64,000 nucleotides of DNA from Mytilus californianus (Eukaryota): NCBI RefSeq assembly GCF_021869535.1, contig NW_026262679.1, positions 111,352,001-111,416,000 on the forward strand, given 5' to 3'. A model generated the notes under the pieces. That model saw only the letters and a program-made list of their open reading frames with translations. It did no database searches and was not told the DNA's origin. Within the stretch, counting starts at the first letter, position 1. Each line of letters starts with the position of its first letter. Both the position numbers and the translations under genes were made by a program. This document shows, piece after piece, positions 12,620 to 24,143 of this stretch.

Positions 12620-13275
12620 TACTGTGTGGAAAGATATTGTCGATGATCGAAAATATAGTAGTGACTATGAAACTCTTTTGTTAAAATCTGGTTTACCTTC
12701 TTCAAAAATAAGACGTCTACGAACGATGGCAATAGAAACTTTTAAAATATTACACAAAGAGTCACCAGTGTATCTCCATGGTATTATCAATTTTAAAAAT
12801 GTACCATACTCTTTTAGAAAGCGCGAACAAACTGTTGAAGTACCCATTCATTAAGGTATGCTGGAGCTACACTCTGGAATGAGCTGCCTGACGCGATCCG
12901 TGCGCAGTCGAACCTGAACCAGTTTAAAAGTATGATCAACAACTGAAATGGCAACTCATGCAGATGTGGCTCATGCAGATCTTAATTTTTTGATTTTTAT
13001 TTTGAGTTTTCCATGCAGCTTTTAGAACTAGTTTTGCATTGTTTATTTCGTGCTTATAATCTAGTTTAGTGCTTTACTTGTTTGTGCTTTGCTTTTATAT
13101 ATAAACATTTTTGCTTGTGCAATATAGCTGTCTTACATCTGTATGTCTAATGTGTATGTTTTATATGTCTTAATATATTGTATGTGTTGTTATTGTTATT
13201 AATGTCGACAAAAAGCTCTACAGAGCTTATGTTTGTAATGTTTCATGTAAACCCGACTTAAAATAAAATTATTCT
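12620..13275 (+). mobile_element. 5'-truncated CR1/L2-type LINE 3' end
   Basis: DYETLLLKSGLPSSKIRRLRTMAIETFKILHKESPVYLH...YSFR matches the post-RT region of CR1/L2-group elements; followed by a T-rich 3' UTR and AATAAA near 13262. Confidence 0.75.
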
Positions 13276-13454
13276 ATCATTTTCACATCAAATATTTACT
13301 GTAACTATATATTATTGATTTATTTTGAGCAAACACCATAAAAGAAACTTTCCCGTAATGGCTTTACTAGATCTCTATAAACGTACAAGGCATTATATAT
13401 CTTATTCAATAATACATAAATTCCGGCGGCAGTGAAAACATTGAATATAACCTA

Positions 13455-13900
13455 AGGAGATGCAGTATGATTGTAAAGCGCCATCTGTCTAACAGCGTCC
13501 AAATGAAATGGATTCATACAACTTAAGGTCGCCGTACGACCTTCAACAATAAGCAAAACCCATACCGTATGACCAGTTATAAAAGGCCCGACATGACAAA
13601 ATGTGAAACAATTCAAACAATTATAAAACAGAAACCACGACAACCACTGAATAACAACTAATGACTTCGGACACACATATAGAATGTGTCAGAGGTAAAC
13701 ATGTCTATCGGCGCTCGACCCTCTCCTAACCTGGGAGAATGGTGTAACAGTACAACATAAGAGCAAACTGTAAAATGCAGTTGGAAAAGGCTGGAATCAT
13801 CAGATCAACACGAAGTACACAAAAAAAACCAGCTACCATCAATACAAAAGATATAAGAGTACTCGCACTTACAGGAAGATAGTTCAAAGCCAATAACAAA
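13455..13900 (+). repeat. High-copy interspersed repeat (same family as 3700-4245)
   Basis: ggtcgccgtacgaccttcaacaataagcaaaacccataccg...aaacaattcaaac. Confidence 0.75.
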
Positions 13901-14280
13901 TAATGAATAAATCATGTTCTTCCAGACTACAGTAGCTATTAGTACACATCCAATGGATTTAGCTTAAATACGTCTTGAACAGTCTGAGAAAAGCATGACC
14001 TTGTGCAATGCCAAAATGTCAGTAAATAATATCGGCAGGATGTAGGACCATCAGTTTTTATAAATGTACAGCAACACATATTTAGTTATGTTTTAATTTA
14101 TCAAAAACAAAATCAATATTAGCACGGATAAAAACAATATTCAAATTTCTGATTAAGGTATTAAATTGATATTCTTTAAGAATAAGTTCATCAAAAGAAC
14201 CAATACATTAACGTGGATCGTATCTAAGTTGATGGGCTTTATAAATAACATAACCGTAAAAATTAGGATGTGATATCCAG

Positions 14281-14712
14281 TTTTTATACGACCGCAAACA
14301 ATTTTTGTGGTCGTATATTGGTATCACGTCGTCGTCGTCGTCGTCGTCGTCCGAAGACACTTGGTTTCCGGACAATAACTTTAGTATTAGTAAATAGAAA
14401 TTTATGAAATTTAAACACAAGGTTTATAACCACAAAACCACAAAAGGAATGTTGGGATTGATTGGGGTTATGGTCTTAACAGTTTAGGAATTAGGGGGCC
14501 AAAAAAGGGGCCCATATAAGCATTTTTCTAGTTTTAAGATAATAACTTGTGGAACGGTGTATAGATCTCTCTGAAATTTTACAACAAGTTTCCATACCAC
14601 AAATGGATGGTTATGATTGGCTTTGGGGGGTAATGGCTCAAACCGTTAAGGAATTAGGGGCAAAAAAGGGGGAAAAACAAGGGTTTCCTTGTTAATGACA
14701 ATCACTTTTAAG
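14281..14712 (+). mobile_element. HINE/DINE-1-like non-autonomous element
   Basis: TTTTTATACGACCGC...GTGGTCGTATA sub-terminal hairpin, (GTC)n microsatellite, then core repeats. Confidence 0.7.
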
Positions 14713-15207
14713 TACAATGTTAAATTTGGATTACCTCCCTTACACTGCTTTTTTTTTTAAATTATGTATAAAGAAATTTTGTATTGTCGTGAGGTGATTA
14801 GCTGTCAATTTATTTTTAGAAGTAAATAATAAAAATGCTGATTAAAGATATATTATTTTTAGACATGATTATGTATGTCATTTTCTATTTTAAAACTTTT
14901 ATGATGTATTTAAATGGGTAATTATGGTTGCAAACTCCATTGGAAAATTGAATTGAGATAATGACCATATCTTGAGGGAAAGATTTTTTTTTTTTTGAAA
15001 AAGGGGAGGGGGAGGGGAGGTGAAAAATAATTGGGGGGGGGGGGGGGGGTAAAAAGGAAATTGTGTTTTTTTTTTCTCATTACAGATTTCAGAAATGAAA
15101 AAGAAAATTTCTTCAAATACGTGTCGTGTGCAATATCGATAATATCCGACATTAGCGTGTCGTGTGCTTTCACCTCTCTTTTCATACTTTTTAAAAATTA
15201 GTTCATT

Positions 15208-15356
15208 TAAGAATTGAATGCTTCTTTTTGTAAATTTATTGGGGTGTAAAAGCGTTGACCGAAGTACATTTTGTTCCGCGCTTGATTCTAAAAATGTGCG
15301 CACGGTCAACGCTTTTACAACCCTATAAAATTACTAAAAGAAGCATTCAATACTTA
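15208..15356. repeat. Palindromic MITE-like hairpin
   Basis: taagaattgaatgcttctttt...gtaaaagcgttgaccg / cggtcaacgcttttac...aaaagaagcattcaatactta. Confidence 0.8.
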
Positions 15357-15599
15357 TAATTACATTTTTTTGCTAGGATCATGAAAACACGATTTCTATC
15401 AAGTTTCTCTTTTATTTACCTGTGCACTTTATTGTGGAAGCTCGTGTCGTCATGAATGTTACATTTCATTATGAAATGAAGGTTAATTTCAGAATGACGC
15501 GAGATTGCTGTTAGCCAATCAAAATAACGTATTATAATGAAACATACATGTAAAATGTAATTATATGGAGATATTTTTAACATTATCATAAAAAGTTTG

Positions 15600-16102
15600 T
15601 CATATAGCCGGTTTTAAGCGTCAGTTGTCCTAAGTTTGTATATTTTGTCAGGGTTATACACGGAATTTTCATAAGAATAAAATTAATGATGGCTAGACTT
15701 AAATAGAGTTGTGTATAGTCAAAATTTGAATAATGCCTAGTCTAAAATCTAATTATGTCTAGCCTTAATTTATTGTGTCTAGTCTAATTGAATTATGTCT
15801 AGTCTAGTCTAAATGACATATGTCAAGTCCTAATTGAATATGACTAGACAGAAATAGATATGACTAGACTAAACTAGAATTAAGGCTAGACTAAATCATT
15901 CATGACAAGACATTATCAATTTTGACTAGTCATAATTATATTTAAGGCTTGTCATAATTAATTTAGACTAGACATAGTTCTATTAAGGCTGGTTATAATC
16001 AATTAAAACTAGACATAATTCTATTTAACAGTTTAAGACTAGTAATAATTAATCTAGACTAGATATTTATAATGATTTATGACTCACAAACCGCGCCATA
16101 TA
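15600..16102. mobile_element. Foldback-like element of ~21-bp units whose orientation flips mid-element
   Basis: aattatgtctagtct-type units up to about 15830, then agactagacataatt-type units; degenerate terminal inverted motifs. Confidence 0.55.
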
Positions 16103-17599
16103 ATTCTTCAAAGTTTATAGATAAATCTTCATTATTCTAAATTAAAATCATGCAGCACATGAATCACAATCTTTTTTCCTTCACTAAATTAGCTGGTATT
16201 TTTTTAATGTTTTTTTTTTATGAGAATATTATAAAATAAGATGATATACATTCTGCATTGAAATGAATCATCATGCAAATAATATGTATTCATTGAATTT
16301 CTGTATTATATTTTAGTAGTTTTAGTAAACATATACCGTTCATTTGCGATCCAAAGATAGTCAATTGGTGTATTAGAGTAATTTTCATGTTTTCTGTAGA
16401 ACCTACATATTGTCAAAGGTTTATGTGAATGTGAAGTAATTCTATCTATAACATGTCTTCGATATACAAGTGAACAAAGCAACAAAGACTATCCCATATA
16501 AAGTTTTGACACTTTTATAAATAACTTTATCACACACACGTATGTTTTTCACTTGACTTTTAGACGTCCTGCAGTCGTTTCTACTCATATAGCAATCAGT
16601 TTTTCCACAATGGCTTTTTGGTATTGTCCCCAGACTGCTGAATTGCAATTATGAAATATTTAGTAAATAGCACTAAAACAACGACGGTTTTTATTTTAAT
16701 CAAACATTTTTTACACGAAATATTGTTTTGCTTACCTTTCCTCCTTTCTTCGACATCTTTTTGGTTCACTGAAATTTTGATGAAAGGATCAAATGTTTAA
16801 AATTAATCCTCGAAAAACAGAATTCATTACATTCTCATTCATGCACAAATAAAATGAACTAGATGTCTCCAATATACACAAACAGACAAATAATGTATGT
16901 TAAATCTATCACAGGATCGCTTGATCAATGCCGAGATTAAAATTTATTCTTCTGTTCTACAAACCTTTAAGTAGAGTACGTTATTCATTTAATTCTAAAT
17001 CAGATTGTTTTGACATGTAAATTGACCAAAATTAAATCTACTAAGTGTTTTATAAAATAATCCACTACATGTTTTATGCATTTGTTTAAAGAATTCTATA
17101 AACAGAAATATACAGTTGTATAGTAACGATTCTACGATGAATCATATCTTTAACGAAATGGGATTTAAGATTTAAAACCTTTCGAAGTTTGCGTCGATGT
17201 TTCCCAATAAATTTTAGATGATGATATATTGTTGATATTATCGTGTGTTCATTAAGTTTCTATAGGGATCACATTCAAATAAGAAATTCCTGTAATCACT
17301 TGGAATACGAATACGAATCAGAATGAAGGGACCTTAAGTGACTTCAAGTCGTTTAGGTTCTCAGCTTTGGTGAAATAGCTGCTGAAGCAGAACTAATGTC
17401 TTGTTTTAATTCGAGATATTTCAGTTGAGGGTTTGAACAAACCATTTAGGTCTTAATTCATGTGAAAATAATCTTAATAGTTTGTCACTGCAGTTGAGAC
17501 ACCTATATTTATTTATTCAATATGTTTGAAAATCAGATCTATCGTAACTCGCATACTCGTCCACACAGGCACTTCTCTGTGAACAAATTCATATATACC

Positions 17600-18300
17600 T
17601 TTAATATGAGCTGTCAAATTCGTGTTCACCGATTTGACTTAAATTCTTATATTCGACTTATAACATACTAAAATGCATATTCAAATTATAAAAAGTCTAA
17701 AATAAACAATTTAAGATGCATAGACTCGATAGTATGTATCAGCATTTCGTGTGTATTTTAGTCTGGGCGCCATTTAATTAACCATCGAGGTGACCCCCAA
17801 AGACCCCCGACGGTCATATAACCCGATGTTAACATAAACATAGATATAAATAGATTGCGAACTCGTGCAATTGGATTTTTATAGGTCTGTTTGATTTCAT
17901 ATTATAGGTTAAAAAAATATGTTGATAATCGTTTTTACCTGTATAAGAATGAGTTTTCTAGATCGAATCAGTCAACCAAATTGTTTACCCTTGTTTCATT
18001 TCCAATGTTTACATTCTTTTCCATTTAATAACTGAACACACCTAGTTCATGCGTAACCCATCTCTAGCTATAGGAATCAATTAAAGTTCACATGATTACG
18101 GATTCAATGAGGTCGAATTATTCACTTGCAAGTGAATAATTCATTAGCAATGTTTCTTTGCTTATTTTGACAAAACTGAACCAAACTGGTTGTTAAAAGC
18201 GAATTGTTAAAAGCGAATTATTATTTCACTATTTCACTTTCGCTAATGATTGAACAAAAAAAAATCATATTTTTTTTTATATCTCGTAGCTAATGCTCCT
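17600..18300. mobile_element. Second copy of the 692-bp Kolobok-like MITE
   Basis: Collinear with 8350-9041; right end agctaatgctcct plus TTAA kept, left TIR eroded. Confidence 0.85.
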
Positions 18301-19517
18301 TTAACACCTATATGTTGGTTTTTTTTTAGAGACAAGTGCCTGTTCTCTTCCACCATATCAAAATCAATGATATAGACATACATTTTCATAAGGCTGACAT
18401 TTATTTCGCATGGTATTTCCTTTATTTGTTTACTTAAACGTGTAATATTCTAAAGTATGGACGAAACCGAGGGGAGAATTTTTATTTACCCATATTGTTC
18501 AACGCAATTTAACATCCATCTTTAAAAGTATGTTTCTCTAATAGATATTACTGAGTTCATTTCTGGACTGATTTTGGAAGGGTTCGATTTTTTTTTATTG
18601 ATCAGCTTCGTATCTTCTTACCTTTATGTTTGATTGTTGATTGCTTGACATCCAGCAGCAAATATTTCACGCATCTTCAGGCAGAGAACTAATGAGCAAA
18701 ATAAATCCAGTAGACAGAGTCTACAATGTGGATTGCCTTGGATGATGGGTTTGAATTTCGATAGCAGCATAAAATCATACGGTTATTATATGCTTGGTAC
18801 GGATCTCCAAACAACTCAATGAGGTAGCGTGGTACTCTCTTTATTTACATGTATCTTGTGTACAGGATGTAATTTTACATGTTATCAGTATTTTGTGAAC
18901 CTCTTAACATTATTGGACAAAACAAGATCGTTGTCTTTGCTTTGTAGACTTGTACACAACACAGATACTAACGTTTTATAAGGACAGGACATTTTTTTTT
19001 GGGGGGGGGGGGATTAGAGAATCTGGTATAAGCGAAAAAATATCAATAGAATCTATCAAATGTGTTTCATCATTTGCAACCTTATACCAAATTGTTTAAG
19101 GTCATATGCTACTTCAAATTTAAAATAAAAGTTAAATATATTTTATGAATAAGTTTTACTATAAAACACGTGTGCATGTACATGGACTTACTTTTAAAAG
19201 AAAATCCTTTATCTTACCAAAATCTTCAGAAATGTTCTGCTATTGATATATTATCTCCCCGTACTTTAATTTGCCAATAGCTTTCCAGTATGCAGTGACC
19301 TTAACCACGAGACCTCTCGTTAGTACTTCGGCAACCGCACAGCGCAAGTGCGACGGAAAGGCCTCGAAGAAAGAAAAAAGGTAAACAAACGTGAAAGTTA
19401 TAGATATATTGTAGTGTTACGATAGAATCATAATAATAACAACTGTTACACTGTGTCTAAACAAGTGCCTTTACCCCGGCAAAAATGTTTGGACTCAATA
19501 GTATCTCATATCCGGTA

Positions 19518-20214
19518 CGGTGACGGCCCATCAACAGACAGAGAAAAGGTAGGATTTCTGTTTATTTATTTGTTAATTTTTATGATATTGAAGAATATAC
19601 ATACAAATATAACTGTTTTCGATTGTGAGATGTAATATTTTCTACAACCGTTCTAGATTAATGGAGAAATAAGTAAAAAGGCACATCAAAATGGTGAATT
19701 CAAATGTTTACGAATTAAAATGTATAATAAGTTATCCTCTGAAAGAAATCGTTTTCCAACGAGCCATCAAACTCCTGTTGCCAGTGAATGCCGGATTTTA
19801 ATTTACGTCTTGCGATCATGCATTATTTTCTATGACAAACCGGGTCGTACACATTGACGAAACCGGGTCCTTCAATCTTGACATGACCCATTTCTTTCGT
19901 TCCATGCACAGATATATAAATATTGAGGTGCTCAAACTGACTAGTCTTGCAATCTCCGTGTTAATATCTTTCTTTTGGTACAATGTGCTCAATTTAAAAA
20001 GAAATTAAACAAATTCGAGACAAGGTTCACTCAATTCACAATTTTGATGTGCCTTTTTACTTATTTCTCCATTAATCTAGAACGGTTGTAGAAAATATTA
20101 CATCTCACAATCGAAAACAGTTACATGTGTATGTTTATTCTTCAATGTAATTAAAATAACCAATAAATAAACAGAAATCCTACCTTTTCTTTGTCTGTTG
20201 ATGGTCCGTCACCG
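19518..20214. mobile_element. MITE with ~185-bp TIRs and TA target duplication (Tc1/mariner-like)
   Basis: 19518-19700 is the reverse complement of about 20032-20214; termini TA|CGGTGACGG...CCGTCACCG|TA. Confidence 0.85.
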
Positions 20215-21059
20215 TACCGAATGTTAAATACAAATGAGTCCACAGTGTATTAAATGACAAAATTTAATTAAAAATAGAAACGCAAGGAAAATATATATAT
20301 AAAAAATTAAAACCAAGCTCGATTGCATGTCGATCAACTGACCTTTTTCACTTGTTTCATGATTTTGCGTTGATTGGTTTATTGTAAGGTCATAATCGGT
20401 TAAATTCAGCAATAAAACACGAAAAATAATCAGCAGGGAAATTTTTCACTGAACGAAATATTTTTGTCGATTTTATGTTATGTATTCGTAATAAATGTAA
20501 AATAATCGGGCATAGAGAACTGAATTTAGTATGTATATTTATGCACTGGTTCAATAATTTCCTTAAAATTATAATTTCAAGAAACTCGTTTGATATGACT
20601 TTAAAGTCATGTTGAACTATATATAGATAAACATTTGTGAGTGAGCACCAAACTGGTCAATAATTATCTTGTTTCACGCGGAGAAAGAAGGAGGTTGTCT
20701 GAATATTAATAACTTGTGCAAAAAGTCCGCATAAATTCTAACTTGTGCTAAAATTCCAATTTGTATTTATTTAGCGATCAATACCACAATAACACAGCAT
20801 TTTTATATATGCATAATTCCCATTATATTATCATGATAGTTGTCAAGGAAGAGCAAATTGATTCATAAAAAATACACATACTTTCACCTTATTTGTTTAA
20901 AAATATCCTTCCATAGAATTTGTCATGAGATCGAAAGTAGGTTTATATGCGTGTCTTTTGTTTCCATGGTCTTTTATTTCCGTGACATTTGTTTGGAGGG
21001 AAGCAATTATGTCAAATATATATTTAAAACATTATACTTAGAACAAAAAGTTTTATACA

Positions 21060-21227
21060 ACACATTCTTTGATGAACCATTCAGATTGGACCTATCCGTT
21101 TAAGGAAAACTATCTGTTACACAATAATATAATATAGATCACTTTATCTCCAATTTATATTATTGTGTAACAGATAGTTTTCCTTAAATGAATAGGTCCA
21201 ATCTGAATGGTTCATCAAAGAATGTGT
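21060..21227. repeat. Near-perfect inverted repeat (73-bp arms, 22-bp loop)
   Basis: 21060-21132 versus the reverse complement of 21155-21227: two mismatches. Confidence 0.93.
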
Positions 21228-22592
21228 CAACAACTGATTCACATTCTAATGTGCCTTTATTTTCTTATTTCTATATTTAGAAAGGGAAATACTAAAATAT
21301 GCAAGTTCGTCGATATTGCCAGGGATTATTAATATAATCATTTATTTGTTAATAAGAGAATTAATGAAGAATATATTTTGTACTTTACCACTTTAAATTT
21401 TTACTTGTCCAGGACAATTTGAGCAGCTGTTAATGGCTAACCATAATAGTGTCATTTATTCCATATTTCTTTACAATTTTCAAGATTTTTACAACTTTGA
21501 TAAAACCAACGAATAAAATACAAGCATTTTTTTTAATCGTTTTTTTTTTCTCAATAGAAACAATGTATTTTTTTACTTATCATCTGAAACAAATAATTGT
21601 TTTTAAAAAAAATCAAATCAACCATTTTGATATTCTTACTAAAATGATGCCACACAAAACAAAAATAATGATGGGTGTCTTAGTTCGTATATGAGCCGCG
21701 GATTTAGTCACGTATTTCAGGAGGTCCTAAAATATTTGTAGTCCCCGAGAAACCGACATAACCACGAATATTAAAACGTTGACAAACCGTCCATATCTTA
21801 TGAACTCTACCAGACGGACATGTAATATTTAATTTCTAACACCGAATATAGTTAACCTTTTGCTTGTAGTATCTGAGAAACGGATTTTCTGGACCAAGAA
21901 AACTATACCTTGATCAATGAGCCATTAAAATGAGGTCGAAGTCAGATTGTCACAGCCAGATGGACATGCACACCTTACAACCATTACATACACAATATAT
22001 AGTTTACATATTGCTTATAGTATCTGAGAAACGAATGTTACCACGAAAACTTAACGTTGACCAATAAACCATAAAAATGTGTTTAAGGTCAGATGAATCA
22101 TGCATGTAGACGAACATGTACAACTTACAATCATTCCAAAAGCCAAAAATATATGACTTTTAGAGAGAAAACTTACAGTTCTTTTAAGCAGTCGCTGAAC
22201 TATGAAAATGAATTCAAGGGCAACAGATATATGCTAGACGGAAACTTTAGAACATAAAACATCTGTGTACAAGTTCGTCCCTCTTTTACGAAATATCCAG
22301 GTCTTCTACCTTCTGAAATATATAACGCATATTCTTCGACATTTTTCGAAGGCACGACAAAAAAAAAACAGCGGAATGTTGACATTTGACATACCTCTCA
22401 CAAGAGGAAAAAGCATAGTTTTCAGTAATTAAACTTTTGGAACGGTATTTAAATTCCCGCATAAAAAAATCACTCGGATAAAAATTCATCCACATACGAT
22501 GGTCTGGATGGGGTTTACAGAATAGAAAATATGGTCAAAAGGTGAAGAATAAAGGGCAAACTATATAAAGAATAGAGAAAAATGGCAAAAAA

Positions 22593-23220
22593 AATAGATA
22601 ATAATTGGGTGCTGATATATAGCGAATACAGAATAAGAGTCAAAATAAATAAGGAATTAGAAAAAAATGGTCTAAAATATAAAATAAATACACTGGCACC
22701 CGTTGTGGAACAATTGTGTATACAAGTAAAAAATGAATAGTTCCATACTTAAAAGGGGAAAGGGGAATGGGAGATTTAGTTATCAAAATGTTCTTCTGTA
22801 TGAAAATTACACTTCACATTTTTTTTTGCGTCCGAAGCGTTTATTCTGGATTTACCTTCACCAGGAACGCTCAAAGCCGAATATTTGAAAGCCAAAGAAT
22901 AAATTTAAAAAATAAATAATAATGGGGTGATGATATATAGCGAATACAGAATAAGAGTCAAAATAAATAAGAAATAGAAAAAAAATGGTCTAAAATATAA
23001 AATAAATACACTGGCACCCGTTTTGGAACAATTGTGTATACAAATCAAAAATGATTGGTTCCAGACTTAAACGGGGAAAGGGAAGTATTGGTTATCAAAA
23101 TGTTCTTCTGTTCAAGTATTTAAAATGAAAATTACACTTCACAAATTTGTTTGCGTCCGAAGCGGTATATCTAGATTTACCTTCACCAGGAACGCTCAAA
23201 GCCGAATATTTGAAAGCCAA
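22593..23220. repeat. Direct tandem duplication of about 310 bp
   Basis: 22593-22895 repeats as about 22911-23220; both copies end in gatttaccttcaccaggaacgctcaaagccgaatatttgaaagccaa. Confidence 0.9.
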
Positions 23221-24143
23221 TCATGAATAAGCACAGTAAGAGTTTCGTTTATCTGATTTCATGATGCAATAGTTGCTAAAATTATCATCAAGTATCAACA
23301 ATAACCAACATTTTAAATCGAGGCAACGTCAATAAACTTGTAACCTTTAACGATATTTATTTCAATTCGGAAATTTTAAATAGAACTACGTAAATCATAG
23401 TACATTGAAAGTTTATTCGAAAGTTTCCGTCTTCCTCCTTTAAATATCCAATAAAAAGAAAAAAAAGATTTAATTAGGGATATACATCCTAGTTATTTAC
23501 CTGTCGTAGTTGTGTTAGGATGACATTGTAAGTAGCATATATTATCTGTTGTGTTAGGATGACATTGTAAGTAACATATATTATCTGAAGTATTGAATAT
23601 ATTTTCTTTATACATTCTAATTAAAATTCAGATCTATTGTAACTTGCGTCGAAGTCTTGTGAGGATAGCGAAATCAGAAATCTATATTTTAAGTAGATTG
23701 ATCTTTTCAATGTTTCGTCAATTCAAAATGAAAATACCGGTAAATTATTGCCAAGTTGATTGTAATTTTTAACAAATTGGAATGAAACATCTCACTGAAA
23801 AAAATTCTAAAAAGAAATAAAAGTAAACACCAACATACAATAATGTTATCATAACTGAAGAAGGATAGATGGGGACTATTATCGGAAACAAAACGAATAT
23901 AGCATTAGTTTATTTCTACATCTATAGTTTTGTAGAAACATGGCGGATTGAAGGATTAAGGATGGTCGCGACTCTGTTTCAAAAATAACAAGCTTTTTAA
24001 AAGAGTGTTATAAATTGATAGTAAATAAATAACGGAACTAAAAAGGCAGAAAAAAAAGAAGGGTCTGTGTCCTTGTTTTCGAGATCTTTCTAACCATTTT
24101 TTTCTGTTGAAGGTGTGGAAGTAGGACTACTGACTACGCCGTC

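Noticed and set aside
14999-15050. G-quadruplex regulatory element
   Set aside because: The G-runs could fold, but they sit in repeat-derived, homopolymer-prone sequence with no evident link to a promoter.
14899-15309. 136-aa and 87-aa proline-rich ORFs
   Set aside because: They arise from G and T homopolymer runs and a palindromic repeat; no splice or homology support.
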